Assembly: GCF_006345805.1 (NCBI RefSeq)
Contig: NC_043000.1
Span: 105,710,001-105,774,000, forward strand
From: Octopus sinensis
Lineage: Eukaryota
DNA: 64,000 nt
Direction: 5' to 3'
The notes under the pieces are model-generated. The model saw only the letters and a program-made list of their open reading frames with translations. It was not told the origin of the DNA and did no database searches. Shown in pieces: positions 25,301 through 40,418 of the stretch. Made by a program: the position numbers and the translations under genes. The first letter of the stretch is position 1. Each line of letters begins with the position of its first letter.

Positions 25301-28300
25301 TAGATGTCAGTGGCTTAGACTGGTACATGTCTGGATAAACCTATCTTGATACATAGTTTGAATAGGTGTTGTTACTGTTAGTTTAGCAATAAAGGTTCCT
25401 ATTTCAAATTAAATCTGGTACTCTGTACATACCCAGGAATCAAACCAATTGATATGTAATGTAGATTTAAATATTAAATGTTTCTTCAGTATTAACAATC
25501 CAAGAAAATTCTCTCATTAATATATTGCTCAGAATTAAGTACTACAAGGCATTTTGTCATCAACTGCTCTTTAAAGAACAAGTCTGTAGGTGGGATTTGG
25601 GTATATATAGCATGTTAGGCCGCTACATTACTGATTACACTTGCTTATCTTAATAATTTCTTTTAATTAATCTAAGATAGAGAAAGCTGGAACTGATCTC
25701 AGTATATCAACGATAATCCTTTTATCAACAATGGGGATGGGGCAAAAAGCCAGGAGTCAACTCTAGTAGGATTTAAACTTGAAACCAAAACTTTTAAATT
25801 CAGTTTGTTGCTGTTTCAGCAAACCATTTCTCATAGGACATGAGGGAAGGTAATATGATGTGATATTCCTGTCTTTCTCAAAGATATTAGTGATATTGAT
25901 GATCATCATTTAACATCCATTTTCCATGCTGGCATGGGTTGGGCAGTTTGACAGGATCAGATGAGCCACAAGTAAGACAGTGTTGAGCTCCAGTGTCAGC
26001 TCTGGCATGGTTTCTATGGCTGGATGACCTCCTTAATGTCATGTACAGATGACAATTCTGAATTAATACTTGTTTTATCAACTCCAGAAGGATGAAAAGT
26101 AAAATCTATCTCAATGGGATTTGAGCTCTGAATGTAGAGCTTGAGCAAATACCAAAATATTTTGTCCCAAACTGACAAAACTGCTAACCCACTGCCTAAA
26201 AGCAACAATAATAATTTTTAACAAAGGCACAAGGTCAGACATTTCTGACTATAGTGAGATTTGAATTCAGACAATAAAAGGTCCTAACTAAATGCTGCAT
26301 GTCATTTCACCTGAATGCTCTGGCAATTCAACCAATCCACAACTAGACTTTAATTTTTGCAATCCAACAGCTGATAAGATAGTGAAGACAAAAGCTGAGA
26401 AAGCTTCAACAAAGTACCATATTTTTTCTCAAAGGTAACAGCACCTTTTTTTTTTTATATCATATATTTTATTCTGTGGTACATGTAGTCAATTTTCTTT
26501 GATATATCTAAATGTTTTAAGTTATATGTAGGAGAAGGGGGCAGTGGCTCATTCTAATAAACTTGGCAATTTTAAACCAACTATTGATGTATTACATTCT
26601 TGTCGAATGGTATGTACATATACAATAGCCTTCAGCACAGTGGAATCAAAATCAGAACCACTTGGTTGCTAAATAAACTTCTTAACCATGCTGCCAGTTA
26701 AACAGGACAAAATATACCAATGATAGGATATAAGCTTACAAATCTGCTTATATCCTATCAAATGCCTACCAGCCCATTATTACCCTCATCATCATCGTTT
26801 AATGTCCGCTTTCCATGCTAGCATGGGTTATACATCAATAAAAATAGAGGGGTGGTCGTAGTGGAGGAAATCTAAAAGGAAGTTGATAGTTTATGGGTGA
26901 GATTGGAAACAGAAGAGTATAGGTTAGATGTAAGGAGTATAAATATAATAGGTTATACTCTTTATTTGTGGGTATATGTAATGTAGAAGTGCAGTACAAC
27001 AAAAGAACAGCTATGACAAAATACTATAAATGATGAGTGTTCCCAGAATCTTTTTTACTCCTTGTCTTCATGATAGTAGCCAGAAGGACAAAGCTGATAA
27101 AATACTATCATTTTCACAGTAATTAAGTTGTTAAAAAACTATACTCCTTAATCTAAATGTTTATATACTCCCAAGATATATTTGCACTTTATGTTTTAAC
27201 TATTATACTAAGACAATCAAACTGGAAAATAGAACCTGAATGAACATAAGTTCAAACCCAACCTAAGGCAATGTATATAAACAATTGAAGAATATAACAA
27301 TCAAAATATATAAATAACATAAATATCGATGTAATCTGATTATCCCAGAAATATAACAAAAACTCCTAGCTATGGTCTGTCATTGATGAAAATTAGATGA
27401 TTCAAGTATTGAGTTTATTTCTAAATGAATTAACATCCAGTTCACATGTCAACTCTACCAGATTACTTGGTCTTTCTGATGCCAACCAACTTGAAATTGT
27501 TTCAAGTCCCAGGATACAAGACATTTCATTTAAAATAAAATCTACTCTTGTAATTTTATGTAAGAATTTTCTCAAAACAGTAATTATTACTGAAAACATT
27601 AGCAACCTTACTTATTCAAGACAAATTTTTGTTAGGTCCCACATGTAACAGTTTGCATGCAACTGTTTTATAGTAATGGAACAATCTTGAAACTTAGTTT
27701 CTAAGTCAAAAAGCAATCTCATTCTAATCTGCTCCTCCATCTCTCTTAAACATTTACGGGGTATTATCCATAAACCCATGAAAAAATACTAATGGAAGTG
27801 TGAAAGAAAAGGTCAAGGGAAACAGAACTAACTGATCAATCTGTAGATATTCCAGTGAGAATACATGAAGTAAAAGGGAGCTGCACCATGATGTGGGCCA
27901 AAAAATATAAGGATAGAAAAGTGGACCATGGACATGTTGAGAAACCAAGATGAATATGTTAACCTGTTAACACCAGTAAATATATTTAAGCAAAAATAAA
28001 CTTCAGAAAAAGCTCTGCTATGACTTAATTTTTGTGTCTAGCTTTTTGTTGTTAGCTCTATATGGAGAGGAGGGGAAATTTAAGCTAATGTAATAGGCAT
28101 GATGTTTTTCTTTTATCTATGTAATAAATTTAATTGAGATATACAAACAATGAAGGATCAACTCTGCTGACCATTTCTCTTTCTCAGAAAATCTAATATT
28201 TATTCTTGCTTATAAGGATGGAAGAAAGAATTGACCTGTCCAGAAACATAATGAAACACTTAAACAGGTTTGAACACACATAAAGGATGTTGGTGGCCCA

Positions 28301-30435
28301 ATACCTTATTCACTTGGCTATTTTATCTGAACAGGAATATGGGTAGAAAGATGCCAGATACCATTTAAGTTAATCATATGCACAAATTTGAAGACTCACT
28401 GATTGATAGTGGTAGCTTTGTAGACATCTTATGTCTACAAGCACTCAACATCACACTGACCAAACTGTAGGTCTTAGTCAATATTTTCCACTTTGAAACA
28501 CTAGATCAAGTTAAATGGTCTTTATTGAAAATTATATACAACTACTTTTATAGTCTCAATGGTGTGAGACAAGTGGAGGCTGGCTTTCTCTCTTTCTCAA
28601 AAACCTTTTTATTTTCACTATTTTCTCAATGGTTTACTAGAACAATTTGCAGCCATGACATTTGAATAAGATTAAAACCTTTCTCTTAGTCCTAATACCA
28701 CACCTTCCATACATTTAAATTATGCTAGTGTAAAGATTGACATTTTAGGTTAATATGTTTCTATTTACAAGAAGGGTTAGGATCAACTGATTTACACTAA
28801 AAAAAACTAGTGGTAATAACTTACTGGAAATATGAAAACCAATGAATTTGGGAATGTGATATTGTGAAGCAGACATTATAGCATTAAAAAAAAATTGCTG
28901 AGCCATACTAAATTTCCAACATCAGTATGGTTCATTAATCATTAGTGTTATGCTTTATCCACTCTACTTCAATGGTGTCTGCAGTTGTGGGAGTTAAAGC
29001 TTTTCCAAATGGACAACAGACTCTAATTGAAGGTATGCTAGTTGACTCCCCACCCTTCCTAATGAGACTAGTACAATATAACTGTTTCTGTCAATGCCTG
29101 TACTATGTAACATATGTTTTGCTTCAATAGTTCTTAACACACCCTTTACTAAGCAGCAAGAGTGTCACTAGTAATCTGGCATAAGAAGTTACTTTATAAC
29201 TGAGGAAGTGTTGTCAATATTTGCTACTTGGTGAAGACAGTCCCATCCCAATTCCCAAAAAATCATGGAATTTAGACCACTTCATCATAATAGTTTTAAA
29301 AACAGAATTTAGGTAGCTAGATTCATACAAAACATTATTTGACAGACAACAGGCATCACCAAACAGCAGATGTTGAAGAACTAACTATACATTATCCTAT
29401 CTTCTTAATAGTGAAACAAGAAGGAATCTAGAAAAAAAAAATTATTTAACTAAATGTTACAGGTGTTTATAGTTACACAAGACAGAAAATGAAAACTAAA
29501 TATATTTTATATCTTTTAACTTTGATTTAAATAAAAAAAATAAAACTTAAAGAGAATTCACAAGAGTTGAGATAAATACCTCATAAATTCCAAAGCATAT
29601 ACGCTAGCATTTACATGTTTATACTCAAACATAATTTTTGTATCATATGAGTGGATGCTTGTAAGCATTCATAGGAAACAGACACACACATCTTTTGAAA
29701 ATAGACAGTAAGCTATTAAAAAGTAAACATAAATTATTGATAACTTGCCTTAGATTTCTGAGATTTTTTTCAATACTAAAACTAAGTTGTCAACCTGACA
29801 CTGAGACATAAACTAAAAGATATAACGGTAATTGGAGAGACAACGATAATTAACCACAAAATGAAAACACACAAATCAAAATAATGAAAATAAAAAAACA
29901 AGAAAAATATACCAGAATGTAAATTAAAAAAAATTCATTAAAAAAGTTTAACAATCAAATCCAAGTGCTTTTTTTGTGAATCTGTGAATGAGATACAGCT
30001 AAGTCTCTCTCCTCAAATCAATAAAATAAATTAATATAAAACAAAGCAAAAACAATTTAGAACACAGAATTAAAAAAAAAGAAAAGAAAAAGAAAAAATG
30101 TAGATTTATATAAACTGACATACTTATAGTTTTTAAGTAAGTTTATATTTATATTAATATTTATGGAATGCCCCAATATTGTTTTACAATCATTCAAAAT
30201 AAAATATTTATTAAAGAAAAAAAAAATATAATGATCATGTTTTGCAAAGGCAGCACCAGGAATGGGGGAGGAAAATACTTATCACTAGATATATCTTTCA
30301 TTAACATCCAAAATCAACATGACGACTGCAGAAACAAGCGGCTGTTTATAAAAGAATGAATGAAAATATTGCATTAACCAAAAATTTTTCTTTAAAATAT
30401 TCAATTTTTTTTAAAAAAAGCTTTTAAATATAAGT

Positions 30436-30453
30436 TTTATTTATACATTTATT
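30436..30453 (-). other. Candidate RFX poly(A) signals (two AATAAA hexamers)
   Basis: AATAAA at 30453-30448 and 30441-30436, about 1.9 kb after the stop, followed by T-rich sequence. The hexamer is common in AT-rich DNA. Confidence 0.25.
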
Positions 30454-32387
30454 TTTTTCACCAGATAACTGGTCAGAAGTGGGGAAATTTACTGGTTTCA
30501 GTCTCTTTACAGAACACACCTAAGATTAATCGACTGTCAAACAGATGTACAGAGACAATGGTTGGCAGCAGAAGCAAACAAACGAGACACTTATCAAAAC
30601 AAAACAAGATAACTAACAATCAGTTGTTGCATGTCAATGATATTATATGATAATATATCTATAGATGCATGTGTAAAGCCCAGGGTCTAGGTTTAATGGC
30701 AACAGGACACAGAAGCTAACAGTAAGGCGATATTCGAAAGAAGGAGAGAGCAACAAAGGGTTCGACCCCGACTAGTGTGAGACCTGCACTTTGATAAATA
30801 ACATAATTTTTTTTTATCACATGTTGAGCAGAAAGAAAATTTACACGATACTATTTGTAAATTATAAAAATAAAAATAAATAGAAACAAAATTAAATAAA
30901 TAAGCCGACAAATGGCAGAAGACGCGCACTGAACAGTTGTCAGGGAGGGAATGGCACAGAGAGGTAGAATTAAGGGTACTACAATGGGGAATGACTTCTA
31001 GAACAAGACAACCAGTTAATTAAAGGAGGGGGAAAAAATGATTAAAAAAAAAAATGAACAGGTAAAAATGGCATTTAAAAAAAAAACCTGCTCACATTTA
31101 TTATTGCTGAAGCCTTATATATTCAGTGGATTTGCAGGCAATACTGGAGAGTTATATAAAAAAAAAATATCTAATAGAAGGAAATAGAAGTTCAGGATAC
31201 TTATTGCCAGTAAAACAAAATCAGTGGTAAGAAAGAAAACTGCCAGTAGCAAACAACACTGACAGTTAGATATGGTAGCTTACACTCTGATTTGATCATT
31301 TTTAACTGGTTTGTCTTTAATGAACAACTAATAAATCAACTGGCCAATAGTGGTGAGGTGGAGTCTGTGTTTGTAATTTTCATTTTCAAGGGTTGAAAAT
31401 ATCGTAGCATTAGAAGGCTTTAAAGAGTCTGAAAGCTAAACTTTAAATAAATAATTCAAAAGGGCACTAACAACCATTAGCAAGAGTGTCAGCCCAAGTA
31501 GCTACTGAATGGGAGAACAGTAGTGTTGAGTTTTGATAGCAATACATGTTCATGTTGTTATGCTTCTCTTGTGTGTATAGAATTTGATAACAAGTATTGC
31601 TATGCAAAAATTGGTCTAATTAGAACTTTCAGAGGGGGAAAAAAAAAACCATATTGAAAGGGTGATGTGAAATGATACCAAGATCATAAAACAGGCCACT
31701 AAATGATTGCTTACAATGAAGATTTGTACAACTTTTGGCCATTGTTAAAATGTGAAAGAAAGAGAGAGAGAGAGAAAAAAAAGAGAAAATTGTTCAATGA
31801 TGTCAATATTCTATGGAGTGGAATAATCCCATATTACATCGAAGATAGTCGAGGAGGACTAGTTGAAAAGGGTGTCCACCACTGTAGTACCCAACCAGGT
31901 TGAAGGCATCATATATACATAAGTATATGAAATGTTCCACATCTGGACAATTCCTACCTTTAGATAATTCTCCAGAACTATTTTAGTTCATAATAAACCC
32001 AGCCTCCTTTTTTAATAGCAATATCTGGGGTGGGGATGGGGGGAAACACTGAAAGTTTTTCATTCTTGTTTCTCTCGTATATATGTAAGTGTGACCACAC
32101 AGTCAAATACACATGCACACACACAAATACACATGCACACACACAAATACACATCTGCAGTACTTATAAATCTAGTCACACAAACATACAGAGTTAGATT
32201 CATAGTCAAGAATACAAACATTTTGTGACAGTTTTCCACAAGTTTTAAAAATATCACATTTAAAACTGTTCAACCAAGTTTCTTCTTTTTGTTTTGTTGT
32301 TATTACTATTTTTTTTGCTTGTTTGTGTTGTTTGCCCCAAATACAGAGGTTGAAAAAAAAAAGAGGTGATTCCTAAGTGAGCATCTC

Positions 32388-32768
32388 TCATTCTGTCTTC
32401 ATCCGCTTCATCGGGTAAACCTCACCTGTCCCGACGGTCGAAACAGGCATCACTACGATTGTCTTCTGACCGGCAGGAAGCTGTGTTGTGGCTGGAGTGG
32501 CTCGCAGACTAACTTGGTGAGTGTTACTAATTGGGTTTGTCTGGGCAGTGGTACTTATATTGCCGGTGTGTGATATGGCAGGAGTGAGAACCATCACAGT
32601 AGTGGTGGCAGCATTCGTACTGGTTGTTACCGAGTCTACTGCATGACCATTTCCAGAACTGTTGATGACAGTATTATGTGGAATGTAGGAGGGCTTTACA
32701 CCAGCAGCAATTGAAACATTACAAGTATCCAAGGAATTTAGTGCTGCAGCATTACCAAGGTCAATGAA
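32388..32768 (-). CDS. RFX: RFX terminal coding exon (FIDLGNAAAL...PMKRMKTE*)
   Basis: ctgttacag|TTC; 381 nt open to TGA at 32388-32390; Thr/Ala/Val-rich tail with a basic C-terminus. Confidence 0.9.
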   Translation of the reverse strand, partial: FIDLGNAAALNSLDTCNVSIAAGVKPSYIPHNTVINSSGNGHAVDSVTTSTNAATTTVMVLTPAISHTGNISTTAQTNPISNTHQVSLRATPATTQLPAGQKTIVVMPVSTVGTGEVYPMKRMKTE

Positions 32769-33837
32769 CTGTAACAGAAAAAAAATATATAAATATAATA
32801 TATAACACTTAATTTTCAACACTGGAGAAAGGAAAGATAAAGTTAACATCAGCAGATTTGAACTCAAATCAAAGAGAAATTAAATTAAATACTGCAATGA
32901 ATTTAATCTGGCTTTCTACTGCTTAAATCAACTCCACCTTTAAACATACTAACAATTATAATGATTTCATTTAACTAAGTACAAGGTCAATTTTAAAGAG
33001 AGAGTACATATAGCATATGTAACTGGTATTTATCACAGTAATACCAGAAGATGTAAAAGTAAAGGTTCTGAAAGAACTGGAACAGAGAAATATAGCTATG
33101 TAATCAGGTTCCACATATTTTTAATAGTCTAACAATCGCAATATAATATCCATAAGCAGAAATAGAGTCTTAGAATAATATGAGAGGATGTGGATGGTGT
33201 GATGTTCATACTTTTCAAAAAATCATTATCGGTTTCAACAACTGAATACTGAAAGAAAGCTGTTGCTTGGAATGAATGCTGGCAATACAGTGAAAACTAC
33301 TGAAGGGTAAAGCATCTGAAATGTTGTATCCATGACTTCCTAAATGATATAAATTTGGAAGTATTTCCAACTACGAAATATATATTGTGTGTAAGGCTGC
33401 TTGTGAAAACCCTCTTCAGTAATTTAGAGCAAGGCATTGTTCATTACATCATGTAGACTTTGGAGAGAGAATAACATATCGAAGCAGTATATTTCCAAAA
33501 TTAGTTGGACCATACATACAGCAGGTTATCAACAATAATGTCAACAAGGTGTAAAACTAGATCATCAAAAAGGGCTGAGTTACTAACTGCTACATAAGAT
33601 TAAAAATAACAAAATAAAAAATAAGAAAAACTCCCCAGAGAGAAAGAAACAAGTATGTTATAATAAAAACAACTGCGTTTGAGCTTGATTTCTTTCATTA
33701 AAAATTTTTTTTTTTTCTATTAGCTCAATATGTATGGTTTGGAGCAACAAAACTCCAAGAAAGAGAGAGAAAAACAGAAAAAGGAGGAGGAGGAAAGACA
33801 ATATTAGAAATGATTGCTGAACGGAGTGAATAGTTAC

Positions 33838-34000
33838 CTGTCTGACTTTTCCCATCACAGCAATAGGGGTCTCATCTGTGGCTGCAGCTACTTTGTGCTC
33901 TACTAAATAGAACATATATTCATCGTATAGGAGCCGTATGAGGTGGAAGGAACCAAAGCTGGCAGCACTCCGCAAAGTCAAATCTCGAATAACCATTGAA
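33838..34000 (-). CDS. RFX: RFX visible exon 12 ([28 protein letters not shown]...[11 protein letters not shown])
   Basis: tttatag|T ... CAG|gtaact; 163 nt. An alternative in-frame donor AAA|gtcaga would end the exon at 33847. Confidence 0.94.
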
Positions 34001-37000
34001 CTATAAATAAATAAAACAGATACATTAGAATGACTTTCGTAAAAAGAAAAGAAAACAAAGCTGGCAACCTACAATAGCTTAGAGTTTTGTCTCCTAGGTG
34101 ACAAGATGTAATGATCTAGGAAAGTTTCTTTTATCTTACTTGTTTCAGTTATTAGACTGTGGCCATGCTGAAGAAATTTTAGTTGGATGAATTGACCCCC
34201 AACACTTGTTTCCATTTATTAAATCTACTCACAATGCTTTGGTTGGCCTGAGACTAACTATAGTAGAAGACACTCAAGGTGCCATGCAGTGGGACTGAAT
34301 CCAGAACCATATGGCAGGAAGCTTGCTTCTTACCACACTGCCATGCCTGTGCTTAAGTTTGTAGAGTTATAAACAGTTAAAGCCTAATCCTATTTACGAA
34401 AGGTTAAACCATATGAATTATTTATTGGATGGGTAATATCATAGGGCTACTGAATTTGAAAAGCAAATAAGGACAGGATTTTTCGACAAATAGTAATGAA
34501 TAATGCACGTTTATCTGAAGAAAATATGTATGAGTATATAAACTTTTGCTAATGAATGTACAACACTGGTAAAGAAATCAGTACTTTTCAGTTTTACGTG
34601 ATATTTTTGAAGGTACACAGATACATCCATATAACCCCTACTGTCAAAAAATGCAGTGAACCAATAATTGGCCCATTGGAAACCTGTAACCAATGATACT
34701 ATTTACTGTTCATCAGCTGTGGGGCAATAAGTCTTGTTTCCCACCACAGTGTCCTGTTATTCAGTGCCACTGCATATTCCTTGCGCAAGTGCCTTCTGCT
34801 ATAGCTCTGAGCTTATCAAAGCCCTGTGAGTGGATCTGGTAGAGGGAAACTAAAAGAAACATTCATGCATGTACATACATACTGGGACTGGGATTAAATG
34901 TTTAAATGTCTCAGATGAGTTGTTGTTAATAGGATTTTATTTACACATGTAACTGCCTTAGTTGATCTTTTTGGTTGTCCCTTAAGGGAGATAACTCCGA
35001 TCTTGACTTCAGCTTCATTAGTTTAGAATGTTTACATGGGAAGCATAAGACAGTTAAATAGTATTATCCCTATTGATATCATATTTATTACAAATATACA
35101 TACATATATATATTGTAAATATACAAATAAGAAATTTGTATTAATTTTATTTTAATTGAACAAATATTTTTATTTTGAAAATTAAACATTTCATTATTCT
35201 GTATTATGGACAATAAATGATGATGCTGATACCCAATAAAAGATCGGTGATGTTCTAGTTACTCAAAGAAAGTAAATATTAAAATATCTTTCATCTCCAA
35301 AATAAGGTTAAAAGTATGGAAAAAATTTTATTCGTAGACAAAAACTTAAAACTATTCGAGAATGTTTTGAAGATTCACACACACACACACACACATATAT
35401 AAAAGTAATTGACAAACTGCTTCTCCATCTGTTGTTGGGCTACCGTGAAGTTTGTTTAAAAAAAGAGAGATTATGACTGATAAAATAATTAGACCTAAAA
35501 TATAAAAATTATTAGAATTGGGAATCAAATGTGAAAATATCAGCAAGGGTCTAACAGAAGACTGCTAGTATGTATAATTACTTTCATTCACTTACAATAA
35601 CTAGATGTGAGAGTCATGAAAATATTAGCCATAAAAGTAACACCAAATATTGTTGATACTACAAGACCAAGACCAGAGTTGTTCTGAAAATGGTAATTTT
35701 TATTTGTTGATAATGATTAAGATATCTTAAGCTTTTGACAGGATGGTACATGGCTTGTCTTTTTTACTACTGTATATTACTGACATTTATTTTTATCAAT
35801 TCTAGGTAGGATTTCAATTCATGTAATTAAATACCACAAAGCATCTAAACTTCTCTCAACACCACTCATAACAATAAATCCATTTCACCCAGCATATTGT
35901 AATTTCCCCAAACACCTCACCTAAAGTCATCGTTCTCTTTATTCTTCTCATTAGTGAATCACGTAGAGAAAACACAAAGTTTGAGAAGATTTCTCTTATG
36001 CTGAGGGCAAGATAACCTCTATAGTATTGGTGCTATGAAGTGCATCCTACCATAGAAATCAAGTTAAAATTGAGACACTAGAGCAAGATACTGTCCCCTG
36101 ACCCATTGAATCTTGTCAAATCATTGAACCCATAGAAAACAGATGTAATATGATGATAATGATGATATTTTTTCCAACATAAAACAACAATTACCATACT
36201 GCTACTACTAGTTTCCCCAGGGTCTACTATTTATCTAAGTTGAACTTAGACAAGCAAAATATTTGATTTCTATAGTCTTTAAAAAGCCCATCTGTTTTTT
36301 TTAATATGCTATTTTAAAAGACTGTCATGAAATGGATATCCTAGAATGGCTGCTAGTTGCTTCTCCAGGTGAGAATAACACCGAAAATTTTAAATGGAAA
36401 AGGAAATGGGTGTTATGACAATCATAAAGACATAGGCAACATAAATGAAATGGACTCGCTAAAACAAAAAAGTGAAAACAAGTCAATGATCTGAGTTGCC
36501 AGGAATATATCTTCTATCTATAATGTTTTTTGATATTAATAACTACCAAGAAATAAAAGAGCACAGCTGTTTACTTTCAATAATTAAGGGATGTCTGTAG
36601 TGATATTTTCGTTGTAACTACAAGAGGCTGATTAGGGATTAGCTGATGTACAGAAGTAAGAGAGTTTGGGAAAAGATTGGATACTTGATACATCAGAGAA
36701 TACTGTTAAAGAATTACTTATAAAAAGAAGTTACCAATCCACAACAGACTACTTTATAATAAAATCCTCATTGAAAATACAGTAAAAAATTTTTGAATGT
36801 CAAAGGCAAAAAATTCTGCATTTGGTAAAATTTGCCAAGGTAAAAAGAGAGCACTGGTAGTACGTTTTTTGAAAAATTTTTTTGAAGTTAGTCACTGAAG
36901 TCCCAGAGCCCAAATAGCAGCAGACTCTCCAGGATTGACAAAACTGATACAGTCAATGGTCAGCACAAATATCTAGAGGAAGGACATGGCAGAAAAGAAA

Positions 37001-37291
37001 GGAAACCAATGGATGGGTCTGACTGCATACAACAGGCACCCAAGTGTTTGGTGCTGAAGAAACAGATCTTCAAAGTAAACTCATTTTACAGAATTCATAC
37101 TGAATTTGTAGCGATTCAATACATTCACTATAGTTCTGAGAGTCCAGATTTCTGAGAGTGAGTGATTTTGGAGATACAAGATATTATTAACAATTAACAT
37201 GAAAGAGAAGGGAAATTACCATACAGTATATCCAAATGAAATTGTAGAGTTTATACATATAAAATAAATAAATAAAATATAGTCCATGTAC

Positions 37292-37500
37292 CTATAGAAT
37301 GACCATTTCAATAAAAACTGTCTTGCAGCTTTTGGAAAATTAGCACTGCCTTCATGTGGCTTTAAGATCTGGTTGACAACTCCTTCAAGCCATACAGCCC
37401 ACTGCTCTAGGGAGTTCTGTGACTGGAGAGTTTTCTTGAAGTCCTGTTCCAGCTGATGGACCATAGCATCTTCACACTGACACACCCATGAAGCTTGTTC
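37292..37500 (-). CDS. RFX: RFX visible exon 11 (EQASWVCQC...ARQFLLKWSFY)
   Basis: gcttgtag|GAA ... AG|gtacat; 209 nt, phase 0 to 2. Confidence 0.96.
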
Positions 37501-37743
37501 CTACAAGCAAACAAAGTAAAATTAAACTTAATCCAAAAGAACCCAATGAAAACAACAAATCACAGTTGGAATTGGTTTTCTTTTGGGCAATGGGTGAAGC
37601 AAATTAAACATTATAATACTGATTTAAAATGAAATTCAAGCATTATAATATTAGGGTTGAAAAAAGGACAAAAATAAAAACATACAAAATACAAATCACA
37701 TTTAACCTCTTTTTAAGCAATCAGTCCAAATCAACCTATATAT

Positions 37744-37920
37744 TTAACACTTTAGCATTCAAGGTGGCTATATCCAGCTTTTCACATCTATTATAAAATG
37801 TCATTCTAAAAATAAACAGTAACATCATTGAGGTCTTGAAACAAGATAATTCATGATTAATTCAAAACAATATGAATAAACATGACATTTGACATAATAA
37901 TCTGAATGCTAAAGGGTTAA
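37744..37920. mobile_element. piggyBac-like MITE in RFX intron 10
   Basis: TTAA at both ends; termini cactttagcattca / tgaatgctaaaggg. A related left end is at about 46316. Confidence 0.7.
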
Positions 37921-40418
37921 ATCAAAATGTGACTGTAAATCTCTTTACTATATTTATAATAAGATGATTTCACGAGGTTATTACTTGTTGTACATGGTCT
38001 GACATTGTTTCATTTTGTGTAGCCTGCATATTATGGCTATTTTCCCCACATCTGTTTTATTTTATTTACATTTTCTTAATGGATACTAATTTCAGATTTA
38101 GCAGTAGCAATTAGGATTTTGAAAGTTTTTTAAAGGAAGAAGCAGCTGCAGCAAATGAAAATTGCAACAAACATAACCACTTGTTTATCCCAATTTAAGT
38201 GAGTAAAGACTAGCTGCTACACAATATAGAGAATGGAAAAAACAATGGTCTCTTACATACCTTGAAAAAACTCAGGCATTTTTTTGTGCCATAAATAATG
38301 AGCATAAGAAAGCTATCCAGGATTACCAATTGCTAGAGCATATATGACCCCTCTAGTGACATGTCTTCATTATTATGACCCAAACCTGGTTTTTAAACCT
38401 GTGTGTATTTTCATTTATGAGACACCAACAGTATACATCAGGACAGTGTATAAAAGCTAATGGAAAGTGTCATAGGCAAAAGGATGATGAGGTATAAAGG
38501 CTGGATATGTCAGGCAAGCCAATAAAATGAACTGTATGAAAGATCTGGGTACTGTTCTAGGTTTAATTTTATATGAGAACAAAAGACAAGAGTGCAAATC
38601 AGCATGTTGTTTGGAAATGATCACTTCTATACCATAAACAAAGCTAAATGACTGGTTTTTCACTTTGGCTAAACTTAAGTGTGACAACATATACATGTCA
38701 CAGCAATTGTAAAATTGACACATCATTTGTAAATCTTCATAATGACAGCTTCATATGTGGTGTAGACCAATTGAAACAGACAAGTTATTGCCATGTTGTA
38801 GACCAGATAAATGATGATGATACCTGGTTTCACATATAGTAAATATGAATACTGCTAATGCATTATTACTATATGCCAAATTATATATAACTCAAAAGCA
38901 ATGCAACTATCTGCTGTTTCAATTTAACTGAAAGCAGAGTAATTCAAGGAAAATAACTGTTGTGAGAAATGTAGAAAACTGGCCAGAGGATGTCTGCAAT
39001 TTTTATGAAACAGAAAAGAACGTAGTGGATTCTGCAGAATGGGATTTTTAATAAATTTCATGAAAGAACTACTAGTTTTATTTTGTATGCATAATTCTAT
39101 TTTATAAAATACATTATTTTCCAGTTTTGTAATTTACCTGTAAGGGGAGTGATAAGTTCTGCTCAAATATATGTAACTTCTTGTTCAATAAATATAGTAT
39201 AAGTGAATTTATTTCATTTTCTAGTTTACTTCAAACATTTTAATAAATTTCTGCAAGTAGTATTGTTTTACCTTGACATATACCTATTTTATATGCACTT
39301 GTGTTCAGTTGAAAATCCAACCATGTACATAATTCTTCTTTGATGATCTATCCTACAACTCTGTTCGATACCTAATTGAATATTGGCTAATAACTCATAA
39401 TATATAATGATATTTAATCAAAATTTAAATAATTTTATATTTCACTGAATTAGTATAGGGATAAAAATTCATCATAGTTGTCATCCTTTTGAATTCAACC
39501 AATCTTCATAAAATTGAAAAGATTAATGATAGCAAAAGAGTGTACTGTGAATGTTAACATCAGAAAAGGAAAGCACCCAATGAATGACTTCCTCAACTAC
39601 TTGTAAGATTGTATTTTTCAGAATGGGATGCTTGATAACTTTCTATGATGTTAATTTTTGTATATGCAGTTTCATCTTGTAAAATATTTATTTTCAAAAA
39701 TTACAAAGATAAAAATATTTTAACATCATAAATAAAGCAATTAAAAGCTTAAATTACAAGAGTAAAAAACATGAAAATGGTTTTGGTTATTTTTCCCAAC
39801 TTAAAAACAGAAGCTATAAACCTGCTAGTACTAAGTGAATAAAATTAACAGTGAATAGCAACAGAGAATAGATTATTTATAGTATCTAATTATAATATCT
39901 GCTATCATCTTATATTTACTGTTCTCCGAGTTGAAGCACTAAAACATTGCAATATGCAGTTTCAGCTAAGGCAAAATAACTAAAAAATATCCCACTTCAA
40001 ACATCATAAACACACTTATTAAATACATTATTTGTTTAGCAGTAATTGAACTGCTGGATGTCTTTGTTAACAGGATATCAAATGTTGTGATGTGAAGTGG
40101 AACAAGCAACTTTTTTTTATGAATTATAGATTTAGTAATGAAGTTTCCAACAGAAGGCCAGCATTCTAATGACCTGATACAAAAATGTTTCTGAAATATA
40201 TACAAATGTAAGAATATAACTTTTGCAACAAAATAGACGTTAATAATATATAAACTACAAAGGTATTGAAATTATTACCAAAATAGCTTATTTTGATTAA
40301 AGATACCAAAACCCTCAACTATACACAGGTCACCTTAATTCATAAGAAGCTGATTTACAACTGGCAATACAAAATGTACCCCAACTACCACAAAAAAGAG
40401 AGAGAAGACAAAACTTAC

